Source: Candidatus Eiseniibacteriota bacterium (GTDB taxonomy: Bacteria; Eisenbacteria; RBG-16-71-46; JABDJR01). Taken from it: a DNA stretch of 64,000 nt. This document shows positions 1 through 8,418 of the stretch, in pieces (position 1 is the first letter of the stretch; the number at the start of each line of letters is the position of its first letter). The stretch spans positions 448,001 to 512,000 of the forward strand of contig CAVXKA010000003.1 of assembly GCA_963762255.1 (NCBI GenBank), in the 5' to 3' direction. The translations under genes were made by a program, and so were the position numbers. Below the pieces are notes generated by a model. The model was not told the DNA's origin. It made no database searches and worked only from the letters and a program-made list of their open reading frames with translations.

Positions 1-402
1 GAGCGCGTCCAGGTCCGGCTTCTCGGAGGGGAAGAGATCGACGATGGCTCGATAGGCGGCGTAGCTCATCGCCTTGCTCTGGTGCCCCGGTGTCCGCTCC
101 CCCTCGGGCCGGCGCACATCCGGGCCGAAGCGCGTGCCGACGGCCACGTCGTCATATGCGGCCCAGGCGTCGAAGATGCAGGTGTGCACCACGGCGAGCG
201 CGCGCGCGGTCATGGGTGGTCCGGGTCTCGTGTCCCGAATGGCCTGGAGTGTGGCCTCGTCCCACCGCAACACGACGTTCTCGCCGGGAGGAACCGAATC
301 GTCCACCGGCGCGGTGACGCCGTCGTCGCCGCATCCGACCATCGCGAGCGACCACCCGGACAACGCAATCAAGAGCAACCCGGACATGGACAGGCGCCTC
401 AT
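1..402 (-). CDS. Vanadium-dependent haloperoxidase-like (PAP2 superfamily) lipoprotein, 5' part; runs off the window edge
   Basis: Not in the ORF track; translated by hand from ATG 402 after SD AGGAGG: MRRLSMSGLLLIALSGWSLAMVGC (lipobox)...NVVLRWDEATLQAIRDTRPGPPMTARALAVVHTCIFDAWAAYD...AMSYAAYRAIVDLFP. This N-terminus is typical of bacterial VCPO-like proteins. Catalytic motifs would lie outside the window. Confidence 0.75.
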   Translation of the reverse strand, partial: MRRLSMSGLLLIALSGWSLAMVGCGDDGVTAPVDDSVPPGENVVLRWDEATLQAIRDTRPGPPMTARALAVVHTCIFDAWAAYDDVAVGTRFGPDVRRPEGERTPGHQSKAMSYAAYRAIVDLFPSEKPDLDAL

Positions 403-574
403 AGGCCCTCCTGGATAAGTGATGAACGAGGCATAAACGCAATGGGGGGAGCGCACGCCGATCGCACTACGCCCCCCCGAAACGAACCCCAAGCCGTCAA
501 GCAGGAGGAGACTAGCACAGATGGAGGGGAGAACTCGCGGTCCCTCTCGCCGGCCCCCTATGTCGCGCCGGCCG

Positions 575-1930
575 CTAGTCCTCGTCGCGCCGCCCGCTGC
601 GGTAGATCGACCGAATCGTCGAGTGGATCGGCCGCCCCAACCCGCCTTCCCACGGCCGGACCGAGATCGTCCGCACGATGAGGCGCACGACCGGCACGTC
701 GATGCCGGTGACGCGCACGAGCAGGATCATCGCCACCGCACGCGCCAGGGTCGACGCGATGAAGAGCGCGCGATAGCCGTCGATGCCCTGCCCCAGCGCC
801 GCGAAGAGCGCGCCACCGGCGAGCGACCCTCCCACCATGGCCAGCGAGTTGGCGAAGTTGTGGATCGTGAGGAGGCTCGTGCGCTCGTCCTCGCGGATCG
901 TCTCCAGCAGCAAGAGGAACGTCGCGAACTCGCTGATGCCCCAGCACACGCCGGAGAACACTTGCAGCGCGACCAGATAGTAGTACTGCGACGAGATCAG
1001 CCACAGAGCCGGGGTGATCATGATCCCGAACCCGCCCGCGCGCAGGAGCCGCCGCGGCCCGACCTGCACCGAGACCTTGCTGAGCACCGCCAGAGCGACG
1101 ATCTTGGCCACGAACGACGCGCCGATCAACCACGTGTAGTCCGTATAGCTCAGCATGAGTTGCTTCAGCATGTACGGGTTGAAGTACGGCCCGGCGATGT
1201 TGACCGTGGCGGTGAGCGAGATCAGGTAGAGGATGAGGCGGCCGTCGGGGCTGTGCCGGAAACGCTTCAGCAGTTCCAGCACACCCACCCGGCGCTCTCC
1301 CCCCACCGGCGGGTGCTCCTCGCTCTGCGAGCCGATCCAACGCGCGGAGAGCGCCCGCGCGAGGGCGGCGATGGTGAAGAGCGCCGCGAATCCCCATAGC
1401 GCGCGCCCGGCCGCGCGCGTCAGTTCCAGGAGCACGCCGCCCAACAGCAATCCGCCCAGCGTCCCCACTTGCGTCGCCCAGGTTCGCCACGCGAAGTAGC
1501 GCGAGCGGATGCGCTCCGGCACGAGCTGCCCCACCCACGCGTTCCACGCCGGTCCGGCGGCCATCCCCACCGCCCAGTAGGCGGCGGCGGTGATGAAGAC
1601 GAGCACGCCCGGCATGGCTCCCACCAGCGCACCGATCACGAAGGGAAGAAAGGTCACCGTCTGGATCGTGGCGCAGAGCACCACCCAGCGCCGACGCGAG
1701 CGGAGCCGCGTCACTCCCCACGGGGTGAAGAGCTGCAGGACGCCGCCGGCCAGGAGCGGCAGCGTCGCGATGAGGCCCGACCACACCTCGCGCATGCCGA
1801 GCGCAAGCACGAACGCGGCGAAGTAGGTCTCGCCGATCCCCACCATGACGCTCCACGCCACGCCGTCGAGAAAGATGGCGCGCAGGTCGCGCTTGAGGAT
1901 GGAGTCCTCGCGGGTGGCAGCGGTCATCAC
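575..1930 (-). CDS. MFS transporter
   Basis: 451 aa with about 12 hydrophobic segments and MFS-like loops (VGQLVPERIRSRYFAWR, LLLETIREDERTS). Confidence 0.85.
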   Translation of the reverse strand: MMTAATREDSILKRDLRAIFLDGVAWSVMVGIGETYFAAFVLALGMREVWSGLIATLPLLAGGVLQLFTPWGVTRLRSRRRWVVLCATIQTVTFLPFVIGALVGAMPGVLVFITAAAYWAVGMAAGPAWNAWVGQLVPERIRSRYFAWRTWATQVGTLGGLLLGGVLLELTRAAGRALWGFAALFTIAALARALSARWIGSQSEEHPPVGGERRVGVLELLKRFRHSPDGRLILYLISLTATVNIAGPYFNPYMLKQLMLSYTDYTWLIGASFVAKIVALAVLSKVSVQVGPRRLLRAGGFGIMITPALWLISSQYYYLVALQVFSGVCWGISEFATFLLLLETIREDERTSLLTIHNFANSLAMVGGSLAGGALFAALGQGIDGYRALFIASTLARAVAMILLVRVTGIDVPVVRLIVRTISVRPWEGGLGRPIHSTIRSIYRSGRRDED

Positions 1931-1973
1931 CGGCCCTCCTTAGGCCGGCCATGAAGGTACATCAGGCGGCGGG

Positions 1974-3473
1974 TCAGCGCCCTTCGAACTGCGCGAGGAC
2001 GGTGTCGAGGAGCGCGGGCGGGAAGACGCCGCCCGCTTCGAACACATCCCGATGGCTGCGCAGCGCGGCGGCCACCTGCGCGGGGCGGTGCGCCACGCTC
2101 CGTGCTTCGTCGCGCGGCGCATGAGATTCGTCTGCGGTGCTCGCCGCACTCTCTCCGGTCACCGCGCCTTGCCCCGCTGCGGTCCCACGCCCCGACGCGG
2201 TCTCGCGCAGGATCTCGGCGAGTCCCTCGGTGCGCCGACCCTGCGCCATCGCCTGCGCGATGGCCGCGAGCAAGAGGTGCGGGTGCGCGGAGCCGTCGGC
2301 CAGGCGAAACTCGATCGTGGGCGGAGTCACCGGCTGCCCGTCGGGGCCCAGCGCGACGATGGGCAGCCGCACCAGCGCCTGCCGGTCGTAGCGCCCCCAC
2401 GTCACCGACGTCGGCGCTTCCTTCCCCTGCGTGAGACGCAGGAACGAGGTGTGCTCGCGGTTGCCGAACGCCATCAGCGCGCCGCCGAACTGCACGAGCC
2501 CGCCGATCAGCCACTGCGCGGACGGTGCGAGCGAGCCGGTCTCGTCCATCCCGCCCATATGCTCGCCGTCCACGCGCGGCGAGAAATGGAAGTGGAGCCC
2601 GTTGCCCGCGTGCCCTTCGCGCACGACCGGCGCGAACGTGCACTGGAAGCCTTGCCGCCGCGCGAGGTTCTGTAGCACCCACCGCGTGAGCATCACCGAG
2701 TCGGCGGCGCGCGGCAGCGGGGTCAAGAGAAGTTCGATCTCGTGCTGCTCCCAGATCATGCCGTCCACGGGCCGCGTGTCGATGGCGCCCACCTCGCTGT
2801 GGCCGTACTTGATCGGCACACCCATGTCGGCGAGCAACACGAGCGCCTCGCGGCGCAGCGCCTCCCCGAACACGAACGGCGAGCTGGCGTGATACCCGCT
2901 GTCGGCGACCCCGTAGACGTCCTCATCGGAGGCCCGCTTGCCGAGGAAGAACTCCACCTCGCCCAGCGCCCAGAGGTCCACGCCCAGCTCGCCCAGCACG
3001 CGCTCGTACGCGCGATGCACGATCGTATCCGGCGATTGGGCAAGGGGTTCCCCCTCGCGATTGAAGTGAGAACTCAAGAGGGCAAGGGTCGGGAACGGCG
3101 AGAACGGATCGATGAACGCGGTCTCGAGCCGCGGGCGCAAGACGATGTCCGAGGCTCCCCGGGTGAGGCCGCTCATGAGGCTCGACCCGTCGGCGCGCTC
3201 GCCGCCGGAGAGGATGTCGGCCAGGTGCGTCGGGCTCTCGGGCACGAAGTCGAGGGTCTTGATCCAGCCGTCGCCGCCCACGTGCATGAGGGTGACCAGA
3301 CGAATGCCGCGCTCCTGCACGAAACGGACGAGATCGTCCGCGGTCCATGTTGCGCGGGGCTTGCCGAGGGCCCTTTCCAGGTGCCCGATGGGCACGGCTC
3401 TTCGGTCGGGGATGCCCTGAGAAGGAACGCCCGACACCGCGGAAGCTCTCGGATCCTTGGCCATCGTCTTCAT
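1974..3473 (-). CDS. glnA: Glutamine synthetase family protein
   Basis: GS motifs DGSS, GEVEFFL, HSEVG, EQHEIE, GNGLHFHFS, RL..GKEAP and IEFRLADG. The start is placed at ATG 3473 because the upstream ATG 3497 lies inside a TACAAT -10-like box. Confidence 0.85.
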   Translation of the reverse strand: MKTMAKDPRASAVSGVPSQGIPDRRAVPIGHLERALGKPRATWTADDLVRFVQERGIRLVTLMHVGGDGWIKTLDFVPESPTHLADILSGGERADGSSLMSGLTRGASDIVLRPRLETAFIDPFSPFPTLALLSSHFNREGEPLAQSPDTIVHRAYERVLGELGVDLWALGEVEFFLGKRASDEDVYGVADSGYHASSPFVFGEALRREALVLLADMGVPIKYGHSEVGAIDTRPVDGMIWEQHEIELLLTPLPRAADSVMLTRWVLQNLARRQGFQCTFAPVVREGHAGNGLHFHFSPRVDGEHMGGMDETGSLAPSAQWLIGGLVQFGGALMAFGNREHTSFLRLTQGKEAPTSVTWGRYDRQALVRLPIVALGPDGQPVTPPTIEFRLADGSAHPHLLLAAIAQAMAQGRRTEGLAEILRETASGRGTAAGQGAVTGESAASTADESHAPRDEARSVAHRPAQVAAALRSHRDVFEAGGVFPPALLDTVLAQFEGR

Positions 3474-3662
3474 GAATTCGCTTTCCCCCGCGGGCATTGT
3501 AGGCGCCCTCGGGCCCGCCTGCCAGCGGGCGGGCGCACCGGTGCCGGGCGATTCTGGCAGGTCGCATGCGGAGCGGGCGCTTTCACATTCGGGATAAGGG
3601 ATATCCGGGAAGAAGGGACTGTTCCGTTGTTTGGGGGACTCTACTCACCCCGGTGCTCACGG

Positions 3663-3977
3663 TTAGTCCGACTTCTCGCGGATTGTGGGTGGCGGAGGAG
3701 AGGGCCGGTCGCGATGCCCCTCGCTGACAAGGGGAAACCGGTCCGGGTGCCGCACGCTCTCGACCGTCAGATCGACGTCGAGCTGCGGCCAGTGCAGATG
3801 CTCCCCGTGCAGCAGCGTCACATCGAGCAGTTGGCCGAGCCGGGCTTCCTTGAACCACGGGAAGTCCGCAAACGGCAAGTACAGTTCCTCTCCCCGCACC
3901 AGCATCCAGAACCCGTGTTTCGAGACGTTCGTGACCTCAGCGTCCGAAGTGTCGTTTCCAGGCTTTGCGGACTTCAT
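3663..3977 (-). CDS. DUF2442 domain protein (putative antitoxin)
   Basis: EVTNVSKHGFWMLV.GEELYLPFADFPWF...HLHWPQLDVDL.VESVRHPDRFPL is the DUF2442 signature; it overlaps the upstream DUF4160-like ORF. Confidence 0.85.
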   Translation of the reverse strand: MKSAKPGNDTSDAEVTNVSKHGFWMLVRGEELYLPFADFPWFKEARLGQLLDVTLLHGEHLHWPQLDVDLTVESVRHPDRFPLVSEGHRDRPSPPPPTIREKSD

Positions 3978-4077
3978 CCTCGTGTTCCCTCAGCAATTCC
4001 AGGGCAGTCGCTATCTGCCGGTCGCTCAGGCCGTGGCTAGTAGCGTACCTGCGCGCTTGGAAGACCGTCGGACTCAC
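3937..4077 (-). pseudogene. DUF4160 domain protein (putative toxin) with an in-frame internal deletion, 46 aa
   Basis: GTG start gives MSPTVFQARRY-ATSHGLSDRQIATALELLREHEDEVRKAWKRHFGR. Both ends are family-typical, but the central FFFSxEE..HVHV...EAKFW core is absent. Confidence 0.7.
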
Positions 4078-4083
4078 AGACAG

Positions 4084-4089
4084 ATTGTA
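4084..4089 (-). promoter_or_regulatory. -10 element of a probable leaderless TA transcript
   Basis: TACAAT lies 6 nt before the GTG start at 4077, with no SD in between. Confidence 0.55.
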
Positions 4090-4102
4090 CCGCATCGCCC
4101 AA

Positions 4103-4452
4103 GTGCTCACCCGGGTGAGCACCCCGTGTGTACCCGGGTACACACGGTGCGTGTTAACCGCTCAACGGCGTCGACCTGCTACGACGCGGGATGCTCACCC
4201 GGGTGATCACGGTCGCACGTGGAGTCCAGCCGGCTGGACTCGCGTGCAGTGTAGCGCGCGGTGCAGTCGGCGCGGCGCGGCGCATCGCGGCCCACCGTGG
4301 CGCGTGTGCGCGCGGGCGCGGCGCAAGCCGGATCGCCCCGCGAACGACGAAGGGCCTCTGAGGCGCGGCGGGCGCGACGCGGTGCCGTTGAATCAACGCC
4401 GCGCGGCACGACACCGAGGCGTGAAGATGCGTCACTTTCCCCGGGTAAAGTG
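4103..4452. repeat. Cluster of 20-24 bp palindromes centred on CCCGGG or GCCGGC
   Basis: Perfect: GTGCTCACCCGGGTGAGCAC 4103-4122, CCGTGTGTACCCGGGTACACACGG 4124-4147, GAGTCCAGCCGGCTGGACTC 4222-4241. Imperfect: ATGCTCACCCGGGTGATCAC 4191-4210, CACTTTCCCCGGGTAAAGTG 4433-4452. Confidence 0.85.
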
Positions 4453-4638
4453 CGCCGCGGAGCGGGGGCCCGCCGCGGCGAAGGAGCGAGCGATGAACGC
4501 TCCAGTGGAGCGTTCGCGCGAGCGCGCCCGAGGAGGGCGCGGGGCGAGACGGCGAGAGCCGCGCCCGCGCACTGCGCGGGGCGAGCGCGCGCGGCGACGC
4601 GAAGCGAAGCCGCGCCGCGACACGCGAAGCGCCGCGTC

Positions 4639-6222
4639 CTAAACGCGCTCGACGCGCGCCACCAGCACCGTGATGTTGTCCGGCCCGCCCCGCTCTCGCG
4701 CGGTCTCCACGAGGAACCGGCATGCATCGGCCGGCGCGCGCTGGCGCACCGCCGACTCGATCTCCTCGTCGTCCACGACGCCGCTGAGACCGTCCGTGCA
4801 GAGCACGATCGCGTCGCCTTCCACGAGGGGAATCGCGTCATGCGACACGTCGCAGCGAAGCTCCCCTCCCCCGCCAAGACAACGCGTGAGGACATGCGCG
4901 TTACCCGCCAGGCCCTCGGCGCCCGCCACCCGCTCGAACTCGCCGGCCAGCGTGTGGTCCGTCGTGAGACGCGCGATCCCCTCCGTCGCCACCAGGTACG
5001 CGCGGCTGTCCCCCACGTGCCCGATGACCAGAGCATGACCGTCGATGGCGGCCGCGGTGCAGGTCGTCCCCATGCCGAGCGTGGCCGGCCCCTCGTCGGC
5101 GGCAGTGCGCACCGCGGCATCCGCCGCGCCGAGCGCCTCGGTGAGTGCCGCGCCCATGCCGCAACCCCCGACCGCCGTGAAGTACGTCCCCTGCATCATT
5201 TCCACGGCGAGGCGGCTTGCCGTCTCGCCCGCGGCATGCCCGCCGAGACCGTCGGCGACCAGAAGCAGCGTTCCCGGGCCGCGCGCGTCGTCGCCGAACA
5301 TGCCGAACGCGTCTTCGTTGTTGAGCCGCACGCATCCGGTGTCGCTGAGCGCGGCGCCCACGAGCTTCAAGTCCCGACCGGGCGCCAGCGCGAACTCGGC
5401 CTCCTGCGAGCCGGTGTCCCCGGGCAACGGGAGCATGGCGAGCATCGGAATACCGTACTCCTCGCCATTCGCGGACGCATCCTCGCGCGAGGGCTCGAAG
5501 CCGACGCGCGCGATGTGCGCCTCCACCGCGCGTGAGCCGTAGTCGCCGCGTGCGTAGGCATCCAGTTCCTCGGGGGTGAACCCGGCGAGAAGCTCGTTGC
5601 TCGCGTACAGGTCGATGATCGCTTCCACCACATCTGGGAAAAACTGGGTGCCGCTGTTGGCGAGCAGTTCGTCGAAGGCCGCTTCGGGAGAGAGCCCGCG
5701 ACGGTAGGGTCTGTCCGAGGTCATCGCATCGAAGGCGGCGACGGCCATGACGATGCGGCTCCCGAGCGGGATCCGCTTGGCCGAAAGCCCGCGCGGATAC
5801 CCCTTCCCGTCCATGCGCTCGTGATGCGCGAGGACGATCTCCGCCGCCCGCGGATAGAAGCCCATGCTCCGCACCCAGGCGTGAGCGACCGCGGGATGCG
5901 CCCGAAGCGCGTTGCGCTCGGACGGATCCAGCGACCCCGGCTTGTCGAGGATCGCGCGCTGGAGCGCGGTGCGTCCGAGATCGTGCAGCAGTGCGGCGCA
6001 CTCCAGTTCCCGGATCGCGCGTCCGCGCAGCCCGAGCCGGCGTCCCACCGCGACGCACATGACCGCCACCCGACGGCTGTGCCCGCGAGTGAGCGAATCG
6101 CCGGCGTCCACCGCGTTCATGAGCGCGCGCACGGTGGCAAGGTGATGGCGCTCCGACCTGCGCCACACGACCCATGCGGTACCCAGCGCGAGAAGCGTGA
6201 TCAGGACGAGTGCGCCGATCAT
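4639..6222 (-). CDS. Membrane-anchored HD-GYP / PP2C (PPM) Ser/Thr phosphatase fusion
   Basis: N-terminal TM helix. HD-GYP motifs GHSRRV, LHDLG, HHERMDGKGYP and FDAMTSDRPYR. PP2C motifs RLNNED, VADGLGGH, GTT, HVGDSRAY, LCTDGL and GGPDNIT. Confidence 0.9.
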   Translation of the reverse strand: MIGALVLITLLALGTAWVVWRRSERHHLATVRALMNAVDAGDSLTRGHSRRVAVMCVAVGRRLGLRGRAIRELECAALLHDLGRTALQRAILDKPGSLDPSERNALRAHPAVAHAWVRSMGFYPRAAEIVLAHHERMDGKGYPRGLSAKRIPLGSRIVMAVAAFDAMTSDRPYRRGLSPEAAFDELLANSGTQFFPDVVEAIIDLYASNELLAGFTPEELDAYARGDYGSRAVEAHIARVGFEPSREDASANGEEYGIPMLAMLPLPGDTGSQEAEFALAPGRDLKLVGAALSDTGCVRLNNEDAFGMFGDDARGPGTLLLVADGLGGHAAGETASRLAVEMMQGTYFTAVGGCGMGAALTEALGAADAAVRTAADEGPATLGMGTTCTAAAIDGHALVIGHVGDSRAYLVATEGIARLTTDHTLAGEFERVAGAEGLAGNAHVLTRCLGGGGELRCDVSHDAIPLVEGDAIVLCTDGLSGVVDDEEIESAVRQRAPADACRFLVETARERGGPDNITVLVARVERV

Positions 6223-7293
6223 CTATGCCGCCTCCGCCCGAACGAACGAGCGCTCGAATTGGGATCGATCCACCGCATGGTCGTAGGCCTCCCCGCCGGT
6301 GATCGCGCCGGTCCGCACCAGCTCGCGCAGGCCCGCGTCGAGGCTCTGCATCCCGACCTTCCGCCCGGCCTGGATCACCGAATTCAGCTTGTGGCTCGCC
6401 CCGCCGCGAATGATGGAGGCGGAGGCGGTGTTGTTGATGAGGACCTCGACCACGGCCAGACGGCCCGAGCCATCGGCGCGGGTCACCAACTGTTGCGACA
6501 CGACCATGCGCAGGCTGTCGGCAAGCATGGTGCGGATCTGCTCCTGCCGCCGCGCCGGGAACACGTTGACGATGCGGTCGATGGTGCGGGCGGCGCCGTT
6601 CGTGTGGAGCGTGCCCAGCACCTGGATGCCGGTCTCGGCCGCGGTCAACGCCAGCGAAATCGTCTCCAGGTCGCGCAATTCCCCGACCAGGATGACGTCG
6701 GGGTCTTCACGCACCGCGGCCGCGAGCGCCTCGGAGAAGCTGGGGGCGTGAACGAAGACCTCGCGTTGCGTCACCACGCACTGCTTGTAGCCGTGCACGA
6801 ACTCGATCGGGTCCTCAATCGTGACGATGTGCCCGCGACGCGTGGTGTTGATGTGATCGACCATCGCGGCCAGGCTCGTGGACTTGCCGGAGCCGGTGGG
6901 CCCGGTGACCAGCGTGAGCCCCTTGGGTTGGGACACGGCGAGCTTGAGCGACGACGGCAATCCCAGGCTTTCCCAGGACGGGATCTCCGTCGGGATCACG
7001 CGGAAGGACGCGCCGATCCCGCCGTGGTGGCGGTAGAGGTTCACGCGGAATCGGCCCAGCCCATCCACGTCGTAGGCGAAGTCGGTCGAGAGCTGGGCGC
7101 CGAGGCGCGCGCGCACCTCCGGGGTCGTGAACTCCTCGATGAGGCGCTCCATGTCCTCCACCGAAAGCTCGCGGAAGCGCACCTGGTGGAGAACCCCGTG
7201 GATGCGGATGCGGGGAGCCTCGCCGGAGATCATGTGAAGGTCGGAGCCCCCCTGCTTGACCGCGAGTTCGAGGAAGGTGTCGATGCGGCTCAT
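6223..7293 (-). CDS. pilT: PilT/PilU-family type IV pilus retraction ATPase (copy 1)
   Basis: MSRIDTFL...GSDLH, GRFRVN, Walker A GPTGSGKST, Asp box TIEDPIE, REDPDVILVGELRD, GTLHT and GMQSLD. The start forms an ATGA overlap with the upstream gene. Confidence 0.9.
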   Translation of the reverse strand: MSRIDTFLELAVKQGGSDLHMISGEAPRIRIHGVLHQVRFRELSVEDMERLIEEFTTPEVRARLGAQLSTDFAYDVDGLGRFRVNLYRHHGGIGASFRVIPTEIPSWESLGLPSSLKLAVSQPKGLTLVTGPTGSGKSTSLAAMVDHINTTRRGHIVTIEDPIEFVHGYKQCVVTQREVFVHAPSFSEALAAAVREDPDVILVGELRDLETISLALTAAETGIQVLGTLHTNGAARTIDRIVNVFPARRQEQIRTMLADSLRMVVSQQLVTRADGSGRLAVVEVLINNTASASIIRGGASHKLNSVIQAGRKVGMQSLDAGLRELVRTGAITGGEAYDHAVDRSQFERSFVRAEAA

Positions 7294-8411
7294 CGCGTTT
7301 CCTCGGGCTCCGCGATCTCGGCGGCGCTTCCGCCGGCGAGCGCAAGCAGAGCGGGCTGCGTCACGAAGGGGGCCAGCTCGCGCTTGTCCCCCGCGCGCAG
7401 GAACGCGTCGTCGGGGTCGATCGCTCCCGAGCGCACGAGACCCACCAGCGCCTGATCCATGAGTTGCATGCCGAGGCGCCGCCCGGTGGCGATCGTCCCG
7501 GGAATCTGAAACGTCTTCCCCTCGCGAATGAGCTGCGCCACCGCCGCGTTCACAACCAGCACCTCGCACACCAGCCGCCGCCCGCGACCGTCGGCCACCT
7601 TGAGCAGATCCTGCGTCACCACGCCGCGCAGGTTCTCGGCCAGGGTATGCCGCACCTGGTTCTGGGCCTCGGTGGGGAACACGTCGAGGACGCGATGAAT
7701 GGTCTGATGCGCGCTGCGGGTGCTGAGGGTCCCGAAAACGAGGTGCCCGGTCTCGGCGGCTTCGATGGCCAGCGAGATCGTCTCGCGGTCCCGCATCTCG
7801 CCGACCACGATCACGTCGGGATCCTGCCGAAGCGCCGCGCGCAACCCCTCCTGGAAGGTGCGCACATCGCGTCCCACCTCGCGCTGCACCACGAGCGACA
7901 TGCGGCTCGCGTGCACGAACTCGATCGGCTCCTCGAGGGAAACGATCGTGAGGTTGCGCGTCTGGTTCAGTCGCTCCACCAGCGCGGCCAGCGTCGTGGA
8001 TTTACCCGTCCCGGCGCCGCCGGTGACCAGCACCAGCCCGGAGTGCAGCGCGGCGAGTTGCGCGACGATCGGAGGCAACCCGAGATCGTCGAGATCTGGA
8101 ATCTTGTCGGGAATGAGCCGCGCCACCAGCGTGAACCCGAGCCGCTGCCGGCACACATTCATTCGGAATCGTCCCGCCTCGGGCTCTGCGTGACTGAAGT
8201 CCACCGCGCCGCGCTCCTCGAGGCGTTTCCGCAACTCGGGGGGGAGCACCTCGGCGACGAGAAGATCGACTTCACCTTCGCTCAACCGGCGCTGATCGAG
8301 GGCGATCAACTCCCCGTCGAGCCGCATCATCGGCGGCAGACCCGCGCTCACGTGAACGTCCGAGCCTCCGCGCTCGCGGCCCTGCAGGAGATACGGGGTG
8401 ATCCTCGTCAT
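7290..8411 (-). CDS. pilT: PilT/PilU-family type IV pilus retraction ATPase (copy 2)
   Basis: GSDVH, GRFRMN, Walker A GGAGTGKST, SLEEPIE, RQDPDVIVVGEMRD, AETGH, AVAQLIREGK and GMQLMDQ. Confidence 0.9.
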   Translation of the reverse strand: MTRITPYLLQGRERGGSDVHVSAGLPPMMRLDGELIALDQRRLSEGEVDLLVAEVLPPELRKRLEERGAVDFSHAEPEAGRFRMNVCRQRLGFTLVARLIPDKIPDLDDLGLPPIVAQLAALHSGLVLVTGGAGTGKSTTLAALVERLNQTRNLTIVSLEEPIEFVHASRMSLVVQREVGRDVRTFQEGLRAALRQDPDVIVVGEMRDRETISLAIEAAETGHLVFGTLSTRSAHQTIHRVLDVFPTEAQNQVRHTLAENLRGVVTQDLLKVADGRGRRLVCEVLVVNAAVAQLIREGKTFQIPGTIATGRRLGMQLMDQALVGLVRSGAIDPDDAFLRAGDKRELAPFVTQPALLALAGGSAAEIAEPEETR

Positions 8412-8418
8412 GGCGCCT

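Noticed and set aside
4103-4452. CRISPR array or integron attC interpretation of the palindrome cluster
   Set aside because: The units differ in sequence, the spacing is irregular, there are no constant-length spacers, and no cas or integrase gene is nearby.
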